DNA of 64,000 nucleotides from Octopus vulgaris (GCA_951406725.2 OX597842.1:6634001-6698000), one strand, 5' to 3'. Positions 1 through 14,166 are shown, numbered from the stretch's first letter. The notes: generated by a model not told the origin, from the letters alone. A program made the numbers and translations.

Positions 1-664
1 TGTTAAAAGTGCTGGCGAGTTTGCATGGCAACTATTTTTTTCCTGAAATGAAAGGCGTGACGACCTTTAGGACAAAATTCCCAAGTAGACCGAATGAAAT
101 CGGTTATATTAACCAAAATGTGAAAAGGGGTCTAAATGGGGCTGGAAGGGGATTAAAATTTACAGGAGTGGGTGTTTAGGAATTTTCTTTTACATCAAGT
201 TCAAAATTTTATGCCAGTCGTTAAACTGCCACTACGTTGCTGTCCGTCATTAAGAAATGCCAGCCATGGTGACTCTACTATCCTCAGATTCTATCCCTTC
301 AAACTTTGGTTTCTAATATTTTTTAAATTTTTATTCAGCTTGCAAGTTCATGTGTCCCTTTTAAATGTTAGTGCTTTGCTGTCTGCCTTGAAGCAGACCT
401 TTCCGTTGTCGCTGCCTGATATTTATGATTGATCTTTCTAAATATTTTCTTTCTCAACTTACTCAAGATCTTTTGTTGTTTATAAATGGGAGCGAGATAA
501 AGATAGAGAGTAAAAGAAAGCGAGGGAGAGAAATGAAGAGTAAGAGAGTGGGAAAGTGAGAGAGAAACAAAGAGGGAGAATGTGGTGATAACAAACAGAA
601 AGGAAGCAACAGAAAGTAACAACCACACTCTTACCCGTGCGTAGAGCGGGTCACCTTAAGCTAG
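1..664 (+). mobile_element. Non-autonomous Helitron-like element, 3' part
   Basis: Ends in subterminal hairpin acccg...cgggt followed by CTAG|T (661-664). Segments 1-170 and 470-664 are homologous to 48140-48430 and 48625-48813. Confidence 0.65.
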
Positions 665-786
665 TATATATATTATAATTCTGAAATGCGAAAAGTTTGT
701 CTGGTTTTGGCATTGGAATGGGTTAAAGGCCACTAGATCCCGTCGGATTGACTCCAAAATTTACAGGGACAAATATACAGGGCTTT

Positions 787-1326
787 TGTTATATTTCGGA
801 ATGGTCATTTTGCCAGTTTAGCCAATATATATGCACTATATATTTGGTGTTATTTTGCTTCAGTGTTATTTTTTACATTAATCTTAATCTTATTTCGACC
901 AGAGTTCTTTCGTCACACTCCTGTGACCGCATCAGTGGTCCTTTGTTTTCTTCTTTCTTATTTGTGTCTCTCCTTACTAACCGTCAGCCATTTTGTATTT
1001 CTATTGTATGTGTCTTCATTTGCTCATGCGTATATCTCTATGTGCATCTATGTTTATTTAGTGTGTGTATGTGAGGGGATGCCTGTAATATTTGTATCTT
1101 CTGTTTATATATGTTCATGTAATTTGTTTTTGTTGTTGTTTTTGTTTATTCTTATTTTGTTCATGTGTTTACATCCACTTATTATTATTATCATTACATA
1201 TGCTTGTATGTATGTATGTATAACAACAATACTATTGGCTAAACTGGCAAAATGACCATTCCGAAATATAACAATATCTGTTTCAACACACGACTTCACA
1301 TAAAAAATCTTGCACAACAAATATAT
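787..1326. mobile_element. Insertion with 16-bp target-site duplication and internal inverted arms, just 3' of the ZF stop codon
   Basis: aaatatacagggcttt at 771-786 and 1327-1342. About 40-bp inverted arms at ~786-826 and ~1233-1273; the same arm recurs near 29363-29403. Confidence 0.6.
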
Positions 1327-1374
1327 AAATATACAGGGCTTTATTTACCACAAACTAAATTTTGGAACTGATAG

Positions 1375-2742
1375 TTACTTTTCTGTATGAATACATTTGT
1401 GTGTATTTAAGCTACTTTTATAAGAGAATGATTTACCACAGACATCACAATGATACGGCTTTTCACCTGTATGAATACGTTTGTGTGTAGTTAAGTCACC
1501 ATTTTGAGAGAATGATTTACCACAGATATCACAGTGATATGGCTTCTCTCCTGTATGAATACGTTTGTGTATAGTTAATGTATTCCCATGAGAGAATGAT
1601 TTACCACAGATGTCACAATGAAATGGCTTCTCTCCTGTATGAATACGTTTGTGCTCGGTTAAGTGCTGACTTAGAGAGAATGATTTACCACAGATATCAC
1701 ATTGATATGGTTTCTCTCCTGTGTGAATACGTACATGTTCGGTTAAACGCTGACGTAAAGAGAATGATTTACCACAGATATCACACTCATAAGGTTTCTC
1801 TCCTGTATGAATACGTTTGTGTTCAGTTAAGCGCTGACTTCGAGAGAATGAATAACCACAGATATCACAGTGATATGGCTTCTCACCTGTATGAATATAT
1901 TTGTGAGTTGTTAAGGCATGTTTCTGAGAGAATGAATTACCACAGATATCACAATGATACAGCTTTTCTTTTGTATGAATACGGTTGTGCTTAGTTAAGT
2001 CACTTTTTCTAGAGAATGATTTACCACAGATATCACAGTGATATGGTTTCTTACCTGTATGAATACATTTGTGCACAATTAAGCGCTCAGATTGAGAGAA
2101 TAATTTACCACAGATGTCACAGTGGTATGGCTTCTCACCTGTATGAATACGTTTGTGTTCAGTTAAGTGATATCTTGTAGACAATGATTTGCCACAGGTG
2201 TCACAATGATAAGACTTCTCACCTGTATGAATATGGTTGTGTTCAGTTAAGTGATTTCTTTGAGTGAAGGATTTACCACAGATATCACATTGATATGGTT
2301 TCTCTCCTGTATGAATACGTATGTGCTCGGTTAAGCGCTGACTTCGAGAGAATGATTTACCACAGATATCACAATGATAGGGTTTCTCACCCGTATGTGT
2401 ATATTTGTGAGTAGTTAAAACATGTCTTTGAGAGAATGATTTACCACAGATATCACAATGATAGGGCTTCTCGCCTGTATGAATACGGCTGTGTTTAGTT
2501 AAGTGACTTCTTTGCGGAAATGATTTACCACAGATATCACACTGAAATGGCTTCTCTCCTGTGTGAATACGTGTGTGTCTAACAAGATTACCTTTCTCAG
2601 CAAATACCTTCTTACAGGTATTACACTGGTATGATAATTTATCTGTTCCTTTCTTCCTATCATCATGAGAATCAATCTTTTTAGATTTTGTTTTAAATTC
2701 AACATTATTCCCACATGATTCATTTTCCATAATTAGGCTTCT
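1375..2742 (-). CDS. Poly-C2H2 (Kruppel-type) zinc-finger protein, 15 fingers, main coding exon
   Basis: 451-aa ORF (ATG at 2730) with 15 CxxC-x12-HxxxH units, mostly joined by TGEKP linkers. Splice acceptor catttctgtattgtgttcAG lies just upstream (exon start 2742, in frame). No KRAB, BTB or ZAD domain is visible. Confidence 0.95.
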   Translation of the reverse strand, partial: RSLIMENESCGNNVEFKTKSKKIDSHDDRKKGTDKLSYQCNTCKKVFAEKGNLVRHTRIHTGEKPFQCDICGKSFPQRSHLTKHSRIHTGEKPYHCDICGKSFSQRHVLTTHKYTHTGEKPYHCDICGKSFSRSQRLTEHIRIHTGEKPYQCDICGKSFTQRNHLTEHNHIHTGEKSYHCDTCGKSLSTRYHLTEHKRIHTGEKPYHCDICGKLFSQSERLIVHKCIHTGKKPYHCDICGKSFSRKSDLTKHNRIHTKEKLYHCDICGNSFSQKHALTTHKYIHTGEKPYHCDICGYSFSRSQRLTEHKRIHTGEKPYECDICGKSFSLRQRLTEHVRIHTGEKPYQCDICGKSFSLSQHLTEHKRIHTGEKPFHCDICGKSFSHGNTLTIHKRIHTGEKPYHCDICGKSFSQNGDLTTHKRIHTGEKPYHCDVCGKSFSYKSSLNTHKCIHTEK

Positions 2743-3204
2743 CTGAACACAATACAGAAATGGTTATCTCTTTCTATTTTTAAAGTTGATTTCAAACAAA
2801 TATTTCTGTTTTCACTGTTGCATGGCATCAACTATGTTTTTGTTGCTCTCTGAAGATTCTACAGACACCATTGTAAGCCAAGTTTAATAAGAAGGCAAAA
2901 TCATTTTGTCATCATTCCAAACAGTGATATTGAGAAATGTTATTTATTTCAAATCTGTGTTATATATGTGCAGTGTATAACATCTTCCTTTAGTCTTTAA
3001 CAGAGGATAAATGCTAGATGTATCTGATGTAAAAACATTCTTTGATGCCAAGGTCACATGATAATCTAAAATGATGGACAAAAAAAGAACTTTGTAAGAC
3101 TTAAAGGATACACAAAAAGTAACAGAACAATCTCTAGCCATCATGTATTCACCCACTCATGCCTATCTTCCATCCAACTCATTTTATCATGGATTCCTCT
3201 CTCC

Positions 3205-3325
3205 GACATTCTGCAGGAATTTAGTAAAGTTTAGTAAAGTGAACAAGGGTGGATACTTAGTATGCCAAGTTCTTGATGCAGATGAAATAACCCTTTATTG
3301 GCAAAAAATACGTGAAAGAAGTTAG
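3205..3325 (+). mobile_element. Tigger/pogo-like transposase fragment (degenerate)
   Basis: GGYLVCQVLDADEITLYWQKI resembles the pogo/Tigger DDE motif GGYxxxQVFNADETGLFWKKM. Confidence 0.55.
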
Positions 3326-3496
3326 ATATATAATATATATATTTATACAAGTAATAAGAGAGAGACCACATGTAGTCTCTCTCTTATTACTTGTATTAAT
3401 AATTTTTACTGTATCCCAGTCTTTATACGCTAGGCCACTTGGTGTTTTAAATTGATGTTATTAATTAATATTCAATTTTTTTCACCCTTATTGTGA

Positions 3497-3555
<59 letters not shown>

Positions 3556-4870
3556 TAATAAAGTGATTGTTTCTTATCAGGAACAAAATGTTTAATAGGA
3601 CTGCTATAGAAGTGCTCAATTAAATGAGACAAATATATTAAACTATGGTTGCAGAACAAACAAATGTAAGGTCATCCACCTAACATTTCATATCTTGAAC
3701 ATTTAATCACATAATGCTTTTTCTTTCACATAGAATATACATGAATGAAATCACGGAAGATGAAACATAATTCATTTATACAAGCATATAAGAGAAATGC
3801 GTGATTACAGTCTATCGCAATTAAATATTAATAATTAATACTTTAGCGAATAAAAAAATTTTTTTTAACATTATAACATCTAGAATAATAAATATATAAA
3901 AAAGTATAAAAATACATATATAGGAAACATATAAATATATAATATATAAGGTAAGATAAAAGTTCATCGTTTAGAAATTTTTTCGATTAAAAATTACTTT
4001 TTAAGATTAGGGGAAAACCTATTATGAAAAGCCACTGTCTAAGCAAAAAAGAAGGAACCATATTTACATTCCCTATGGCCATTTCAGGGGTTCATTACCG
4101 TATTTAATGCACAAGGGTGCATTATGATAATTACTCCTTCATTAGGGGAAAATAAAAACACATCACATACCAGGGTGAGACCTCCTTAACCAAACCCAAT
4201 GCAATATTGCATGGTTTCTTATTTAAGAAGCCATGTTCAGACCAGCCCAAATATTCAAAAATTATAAAATAAAAAAAAAACTATATAAATGGTTGTATTA
4301 AAGTAAATTCAACTTCGTCGGTTTCAATTCCCTGCAAGAACTAAATGATTTAATTACTACGACTTTTTATTCCTATACACAAATATATATCAACAATTGA
4401 CAGATCTCCTACAAAGTAGACTTAAGTTCTGAGGAAAGATAATCCATGATTACTGTTCTAGATTATGGCATTGCACAGCATCAAGTAAGCAGTAAATGGT
4501 AACTGTATTCTTCAGGAGGTTTTCTGATTCTCTGCACCAGCCCTAGCTTCATCCCCTACACTGCAACAAGTAGAAACTTTGCCAGCCCTTCTGCCCCGTG
4601 TGTCAGCAAGAATAAGAGTGACCCTGACTCTAACCCAAACTCTCCAGGCATGCCCTCCCTACCACCATCCAAGTAACGATGATAATATTGACAAGGCAGT
4701 AGATGCTGATGATGATATGCATTTTTCTAAAAGCAAATTCGGAAGTGGGGGATACATCTACAAATTTTCAAAAAACTAATTATGCTGCTTTACTCACATG
4801 GGACTAATTAATTTCACTGCTTTATTGTTAGCTGATGGTAGGTTTTTGAAATTAACAGTTTGGAAGTTAT

Positions 4871-5343
4871 CACGTAAAAAGCACCATCCGATCGTGGCCG
4901 TTGCCAGCCTTGCCTGGCCCCCTTACCGGTGGCACGTAAAAAGCACCATCCGATCGTGGCCGTTGCCAGCCTCGCCTGGCCCCCGTGCCGGTGGCACGTA
5001 AAAAGCACCATCCGATCGTGGCCGTTGCCAGCCTCGCCTGGCCCCCGTGCCGGTGGCACGTAAAAAGCACCATCTGATCGTGGCCGTTGCCAGCCTCGCC
5101 TGGCCCCCATGCCAGTTGCATGTAAAAAGCACCATCCGATTGTGGCTGTTTGCCAGCTCCGTCTGGCATGTAAAAAGCACCCACTACACTCACGGAGTGG
5201 TTGGAGTTAGGAAGGGCATCCAGCCATAGAAACACTGCCAGATCAAACTGGGCCTGGTGCAGCCTTCTGGCTTCACAGACCCCAGTTGAACCGTCCAACC
5301 CATGCTAGCATGGAAAACGGACGCTAAATGATGATGATGATGT
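4871..5343 (+). mobile_element. RTE-type 3' UTR/tail copy with 62-bp tandem modules and (GAT)n tail
   Basis: Units start at 4871, 4933, 4995, 5057 and 5119, then ggagttaggaagggcatccagc ... ccatgctagcatgg ... (gat)n. This is the same 3' end as the RT-bearing RTE copies at 8754 and 22783. Confidence 0.8.
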
Positions 5344-5427
5344 TACGTGCTTTCATCTCTATATAATGACTGTAACTTCGAAGGGTTCATTTAATTCTAT
5401 TATTTACATTGTTATTATTATTATTAA

Positions 5428-6135
5428 AGTGGCAAGCTGGCAGAATTGTTAGCATGCTGGGCAAAATGCTTAGCGGTGTTTCGTCTGTCTCTACATTCTG
5501 AGTACAAATTCCGCTGTGGTCGACTTTGCCTTTCATCCTTTTGGGGGTCGATAAATTAAGTACCAGTCAAGTACTGGGATCGATATGATTGATTGTCACC
5601 TTCCCCACAAAAATCCAAGGATTATTATTATTAGTAGTAGTAGTAGTAAAGCGGTGAGCTGGCAGAATCGTTAGCACGCCGGGCGAAATGCGTAGCCCTA
5701 TTTCTTCTGCCGTCATGTTCTGAGTTCAAATTCCGCCGAGGTCGACTTTACCTTTCATCATCATCATCATCATTTAGCGTCCGCTTTCCAGACTAGCATG
5801 GGTTGGACGGTTCAACTGGGGTCTGGGAAGCCAGAAGGCTGCATCAGACCCAGTCAGATCTGGCAGTGTTTCTACGGCTGGATGCCCTTCCTAACGCCAA
5901 CCACTCTGTGAGTGTAGTGGGTGCTTTTTACGTGCCACCCGCACAGGTGCCAGACGGAGCTGGCAAATGGCCACGAACAGATGGTGCTTTTACGTGCCAC
6001 CGGCACGGAAGCCAGTCGGGGTTGATAAATTAAGTACCAGTTACACACTGGGGTCGATGTAATCGACTTAATACCTATGTCTGTCTTTGTTTGTCCCTCT
6101 ATGTTTAGCCCTTTGTGGGTAATAAAGAAGTAGGT
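5428..6135 (+). mobile_element. Two tRNA-derived SINEs (ggcggcgagctggcagaa head family), the second interrupted by a minus-strand RTE tail
   Basis: Box A/B-like head (gagttcaaattcc) and gtcgataaattaagtaccag core; nested RTE tail at ~5757-6015. Confidence 0.75.
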
Positions 6136-6289
6136 ATTTCGTTCGCTGCTTCTTTCTGAGTTCAAATTCCGCTGAGATTGATTTTGCCTTAACTCCTTTT
6201 GGAGTCGATAAATTAAGTAGCAGTGAAATTCTGGGGTCGCTGTAATCGGCTCGTCCCCCTCCCCACAAAACTTCAGCCCTTATGCCTTT

Positions 6290-6505
6290 ATTACGCGCAA
6301 GTGGCTGAACAGTCCACACGTACCCTTAACGTAGTTCTTGAGGAGATTTAGCGTGACACAGAATGTGACAAGGTTGTTCCATGTAAAATACGGGAAGAAC
6401 TCATTTTTGTCAGCTGAACGGAGTGGAGGAATATGAAATAAAGTGACTTGCTCAAGGACAAAACGCGCCATCGGGAAATGAACCCACGACCTGACGACCA
6501 TGAGC
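6290..6505 (-). mobile_element. tRNA-derived SINE (third family)
   Basis: Head gtgggttcatttccc, central ttgagcaagtcactttatttc; 3' part homologous to 30265-30400. Confidence 0.6.
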
Positions 6506-6615
6506 TTAAATACAGGGTACTACTTAAGAAGAGTGGTCCCAGTGCGCGCACTCGCGTACTCACGCTAGCTAGTCGATCCTAGCAAAGTAAATAAAACACA
6601 AAATAAATAATTTTT

Positions 6616-7006
6616 GGCGATCTTTCGTCTCTAGTAGACCTTTCTGTCGATTTCCGTAAAAAATTTTTTTTTTTTACATATGGGCTTGCGGGAACTTTTG
6701 AAGTTACATACATATACACATACACCGAGTAAAAAATTTCAGTTATCTCTGTCTCTTCACACACACTAACAGAAGCACTTCACTTACACAACATACTGTC
6801 TGTCTCCCACACCCCATCAAACACACACATGTACATCAATGCTTCACATGCACGGTAACTTCAAAAGAACTTCCCTCGTCATACAATCGCTTTCTCTTAG
6901 TCTCTTTCGCTCTCATTACTTCAAGTTTCCGCAAGCCCAGATGTAAAAAAAAATAAATTTTTTTACGTAAATCGACGGAAAGGTCTACTAGAGACGAAAG
7001 ATTGCC
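6616..7006. mobile_element. MITE with GGCGA...T(C/T)GCC TIRs and 8-bp TSD (Merlin- or Mutator-like)
   Basis: Inverted ends of about 75 bp; TSD taattttt at 6608-6615 and 7007-7014; core shared with 13244-13739. Confidence 0.75.
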
Positions 7007-7027
7007 TAATTTTTTTACACAAAGTAT

Positions 7028-7421
7028 AGGCGCAGGAGTGGCTGTGTGGTAAGTAGCCTGCTTACCAACAACATGGTTCCAGGTTCAGTCCCACTGCATG
7101 GCACCTTGGGCAAGTGTCTTCTACTATAGCCTTGGGCCGACCAAAGCCTTGTGAGAGGATTTGGTAGATGGAAATTGAAAGAAGCCCGTTGTATATATGT
7201 GTGTATGTATTTGTGTGTGTGTTTGTCCCCCCAGCATCGCTTGACAACTGATGCTGGTATGTTTACGTCTCCGTCACTTAGCGGTTTGGCAAAAGAGACC
7301 GATAGAATAAGTACTAGGCTTACAAAGAATAAGTACTGGGGTCGATTTGCTCGACTAAAAGCGGTGCTCCAGCATGGCCGCAGCCAAATGACTGAAACAA
7401 GTAAAAAAGAAAGTAAATAAG
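7028..7421 (+). mobile_element. tRNA-derived SINE (ggcgcaggagtggctgtgtggtaag head family), full length
   Basis: Pol III box A/B-like head, internal (TG)n, 3' tail gcggtgctccagcatggccgcag..actgaaacaag. Further copies at ~11300-11686(-), 14345-14741(-), 14842-15225(+), 15290-15643(-), 26110-26500(+), 28575-28935(+), 37680-38280(-), 48828-49235(-), 49593-49992(+), 50380-50816(-), 51130-51478(-), 51955-52295(+), 54535-54850(-). Confidence 0.85.
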
Positions 7422-7570
7422 ACACAAAAACATCCTTGCTTTGTGTAAAAAAATTATTTGTTTTGTTTTATTTACTTTGCTAGGTAGTCGTTGTAGGATC
7501 GACTAGTCACGACTAGCTAGCGCGGATGAGCGAGTGCACGCACCGGGACCACTCTTCTTAAGTAGTACCT

Positions 7571-7800
7571 ATTTATTTATTACCCACAAGGGGCTAAACA
7601 CAGAGGTGACAAACAAGGACAGACATAGGTATTAAGTCGATTACATCGACCCCAGTGCGTAACTGGTACTTAATTTATCGACCCTGAAAGGATGAAAGGC
7701 AAAGTCGACCTCGACGGAACTTGAACTCAGAACGTAACGACAGACGAAATACCGCTAAGCATTTCGCCCGACGCGCTAACGTCTCTGCCAGCTCGCCGCC
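7571..7800 (-). mobile_element. tRNA-derived SINE (ggcggcgagctggcaga family), full length
   Basis: Same family as 5650 and 38290-38506; flanked by a 15-bp TSD. Confidence 0.8.
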
Positions 7801-7988
7801 TTCTTAAGTAGGACCCACAGAGCACCTGTTCGGACAACGTCTATTTAAGGGAGACAGTGAGGTAAGGTACAACACATGCATTGGACAAATCATTTGTGCT
7901 GGTCATTCAGCAACGGCTGAACACCCACAGGTCGTCTTCGACGGGGGAGTGAATTATTCAGCATTAAAGTAAATCTTTGTCAACTTAC

Positions 7989-8200
7989 CGTTTTCATTTA
8001 ATACAGAGTAAGGGGCCATCCCACAACACATTCGCCCCATTGGCGCACGGCATTCTGGGACACCGGTGTTTAGACATGTTGTGCCTCGTCGGCTAGAAGT
8101 GCCGGAACTTTGAGACTAGCTAAAAGTATCTACATTTGTCGACCGAGTCAGTTTTGATTCGATTGTAATTGAGGTTGCTAATAAAATATCTCGAGAATTT
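7989..8200 (-). promoter_or_regulatory. Candidate first exon and CpG-containing promoter of the ZF gene
   Basis: Non-repetitive, CpG-richer segment ending ATG AAA ACG|GTAAGT (donor GT at 7988-7987), which joins in phase 0 to the 2742 acceptor ([13 protein letters not shown]). A CCGGAA ETS-like motif (8102) and a TCTCGAGA palindrome (~8189) lie upstream. Confidence 0.45.
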
Positions 8201-8684
8201 TCGTATAAAAAATCAATATATTTTCGCTGTTTGAGTCCAAGTCAAATTTTCTTCACACCAAACTTTTTCAAATTTCGACGTCTTGACAACTGATGGGGCA
8301 AAATGAGTAATAATTTCAATAAAGTTCACTCTAATTTGTTCCTAGTGGCTGAGTGGTTATTAGTCCACTTCTGGACGACATAGTGTTGGGTTCGGCCTCA
8401 CATCATGACACTAGATTTGGAAGGCTGAAACCGGTAGAAATCCATAGCTTCTATATGTATATGTGTGTGTGTGTGTGTGTCCATGTTCCCCCCACTGCTT
8501 AATAACCAATATTGTTTTGTTTACATCCCCAGAGCCTCATAATTCAGTAAAAGAACTGATAGAATAAGTACCAGATTAGAGGCCCAGACATGGCTGTGTG
8601 GTTAAGAACTTTGTTTCATACCCACGTTTTCAGGTTCAGTCCCACTGTATGGCACTTTGGGTAAGCGACTTCTTCCATAGCCTG

Positions 8685-10526
<1,842 letters not shown>

Positions 10527-10532
10527 TCATGG

Positions 10533-10840
<308 letters not shown>

Positions 10841-11811
10841 GGTATATCACACCCTACATCATTTATTGGTTCCAGGAGACATGACTTAAGTCAAATTGAT
10901 TTGTCTCTAGGCTAGGCTGAATTTACTTGTTTCTAGGCTAAACCAATAATAACCATTCCCAATAACCAGTATATATGTATGTGTGTTTGTGTGTGTTTGT
11001 AGGAAACTAGTCTGTTAGTAAATCTCTGTTCAAGATAGAACCTGTATATGGACACAAAACGTATTACTTATGGCCACTTTAGTGTGGCTATCCTCTAAGA
11101 GACGACATTACTGCCATTTAACACCAGGAAGACATCTCCTGCAGCTGGTTTATTCAGTGTGCTTCTCACACACGATATTTATTGCAAGTGGGAGACAACT
11201 CCTGCCACACCAAGCTTCAAGTGGTTTTGATCTGTATTGCGTCTCCTCAGTGGTGGGTACACGTTGTCACATAAAAGTGGCTATAATTCTTTTATTCTTT
11301 TTTTCTCTTTTACTAGTTTCAGTCATTTGACTGCGGCTATGCTGGAGCACCGCATTTAGTTGAGCAAATCGAACCCAAGACTTATTCTTTGTAAGCCTAG
11401 AACTTATTCTATCGGTCTCTCTTGCCGAACCGCTAGGTGACGGAGAAGTAAACACACCACCATCAGTTGTCAAGCGATGTTGGGGGGACAAACAAACACA
11501 CACACACATATATACACACACATATCTACGACGGGCTTTTTTTAGTTTCCTTCTACCAAATCCACTCACAAGGCTTTGGTTGGCCCGAAGCTATAGTAGA
11601 AGACACTTGGCCAATGTGCCACGCAGTGGGACTGAACCTGGAACCATGTGGTTGGTAAGCTAGCTACATACCACACAGCCACTCCTATGCATATTTTTTA
11701 TACAACAGCAACCTTGCCCTTAACTTTTTCCATAGTGAAATCATATTCAACACCGTATATATAAATTTGTTTCTCTCACCATGATACATTTTCCCATTAA
11801 ATGACAATAAC

Positions 11812-13127
11812 AAAATTGTGTACAGTGCTCAGGTGCACTACAACCTATCAAAAGTATATGTATAGTATATGGAATTATGTGCAAATGTCAGGAAATTGAA
11901 CAATCTATGAGTCATGATATACATGTGTGCATGTGAATGGAGTGGTGATATCAGGCGTAGTGTTGGCGAATTTCAGGAAACATGGAGGTCTTAAAGGATG
12001 CAATGTCTCGGCAGCTAACAACTGATACAGGTAATACGGCGAATGTCAGAGATCAGTGGCACACACAAGTTGGATTTCTCCATTTTGATACGGATTTTTC
12101 AAATTTTTTATCACAGTGCCCTTGGGAATGATATGGAGCATCTTTTTAGCAAATTAAATTTGCGGAATGTTTTTTTTTTTTTGCTTGAGTGAATGGAGAA
12201 AGTTTGAGTAAATTTAGAAGTCTTCTTGTGAACATTACCTGGGCATTATTGTCGGCAGCAACTTGCGCAGGACAAAGCACATCTCTAAAATCGTCAAGAA
12301 GGCCGAGGATATCTTGGCACCAATCAGCAAGACCTTTGTCAGCTGCTTTCCAGCCATTTATTTAAGTGTGTGGTCACAATTGGAATTTACATCACCTGTC
12401 TAGAACCCCTATCTTGCTCAGAACATCGACCTCCTGGAAACTACTTAGAGACATGCAATCAAGCGAATACCCTCCATCTGCCTCAGCAACTCTGAGTGTG
12501 AAAAAATGTTTCCAAAGGTCATGGGAGCTGAGCTGTTTTCTGACTTTGTATGCATGCTCACGTGTTTTAGTCATGGAGTTCAAACAGGTGCTGAAGGTTG
12601 TTGTTGGCACGGTGGTTAATAATTTTGTGGTTGGCAGACATCGGAGCAAGGCGTTTAGAGTATGGTCGATGCCTGGTGGAGGGTATTCGCTTGATTGCAT
12701 GTCTCTAAGTAGTTTCCAGGAGGTCGATGTTCTGAGCAAGATAGGGGTTCCAGACAGGTGATATAAATTCCAATTGTGGCCACACAATTAAATAAATGGC
12801 TAGAAAGCAGCTGACAAAGGTCTTGCTGATTGGTGCCAAGATATCCTCGGCCTTCTTGACGATTTTAGAGATGTGCTTTGTCCTGCGCAAGTTGCTGCCG
12901 ACAATAATGCCCAGGTAATGTTCACAGGAAGACTTCTTGATTTTACTCAAACTTTCTCCATTCACTCAAGCAAAAAAAAAAAAAAAAAAAGTTCCGCAAA
13001 TTTATTTTGCTAAAAAGATGCTCCATATCATTCCCAAGGGCACTGTGATAAAAAATTTGAAAAATCCCCATCAAAACGGAGAAATCCAACTTGTGTGTGC
13101 TACCGATCTCTGACATTCGCCGTATTA
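11812..13127 (-). mobile_element. Degenerate CR1-type LINE 3' end with an internal fold-back duplication
   Basis: YLGIIV...HISKIVKKA...QLEFISPVWNPYL...HAYKVRK...FFTLRVAEA and LPVSVVSCRDIASFK motifs. Tail gtagtgcacctgagcactgtacacaa also occurs at ~17075. Confidence 0.8.
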
Positions 13128-13149
13128 TCATAATTTATGTTACAAAGTA

Positions 13150-13345
13150 CCATAAATCCTCGAGTATAATCCGCATTCCCCCCCAAAATTTAAAGGTCAA
13201 AATCCCTACTGCATATTGTACATGAGGTTAAAAATGAAAATTAGGCGATGTTTCGTTTGTCGTAGCACACGTTTCCGTCGATTTCCTCCGTCGATTTCCG
13301 TAAAAAATGTAAACACTGAATCGACCATACATACACACACACATG

Positions 13346-13379
<34 letters not shown>

Positions 13380-14166
13380 TACACACACACACATACATAG
13401 ATACATACACACACACACACACATACATATACACATACACCGAGTAAAAAATTTCAGTTATCTCTCTCTTTCACACATTACTCTCTCTGTCTCTTCGCAC
13501 ACACTAACAGAAGCACTTCACTTACACAACATACTGTCTGTCTCCCACACCCCATCAAACATACACACGGGGACTTCAAAAAGAAATTCCCTCGTCATAA
13601 AATCGCTTCCTCTTAGTCTCTTTCGCTCTCATTACTTCAAATATTCCCGCAAAGCCATATGTAAAAAAACAAAAGTTTTTTTACGGAAATCGACGGAAAC
13701 GTGTGCTACGACGTGTGCTACGACAACCGAAACTTCGCCGAAAATTATTTCCGAAGCAATGTCCGAGTCCCTATTTGTTGTCCGGCAATGTTTATTCAGA
13801 CACATTTTGTGATGTCGGGCGCAAAAATACCTTAAGCTAAGCCTGAAAGCAATGAAATCATAAAAGAATCGTCCATAACTTGCAGTAAGCAACATTTATT
13901 AAACGTTATTACTGTTATTTCTTTATTTTCTGCAAACAAAATGCACAAAAAAGCTACACGTTTGCATTATGTTATATATACAATAATAATAAAGTGCGTT
14001 ACCGTATACATTTTTACAAACCAAGGACGTTATCTATATAACGTCCTTGACTCAAGTTAGAGAAGGGGTGCGTATTATACACAAGGTTTAGGTTTTTCAG
14101 AGGTACAGCCCCCTAAAAATCCCCTGCGTATTATACTCAAGGGCGGATTATACTCGAAGATAGTAG
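13150..14166. mobile_element. pogo/Tc2-like non-autonomous DNA transposon
   Basis: TA+ccataaatcctcgagtataatccgc left TIR; gcggattatactcgaagat right TIR. Confidence 0.65.
13244..13739. mobile_element. Second MITE with GGCGA/TCGCC TIRs and 8-bp TSD
   Basis: TSD gaaaatta at 13236-13243 and 13740-13747; internal core homologous to 6725-6930. Confidence 0.75.

Larger units (their letters stand above)
6513..7815. mobile_element. Tc1/mariner-type MITE hosting three nested insertions
   Basis: TA+CAGGGTACTACTTAAGAAGAGTGGTCCC left TIR and its inverse at ~7545-7570. The right TIR is broken by a SINE with TSD ttcttaagtag(t/g)acc (7555-7569 / 7801-7815). Confidence 0.7.

Noticed and set aside
4010-4380. 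Possible GIY-YIG endonuclease remnant (..TYQGETS..)
   Set aside because: Too degenerate to call by eye.
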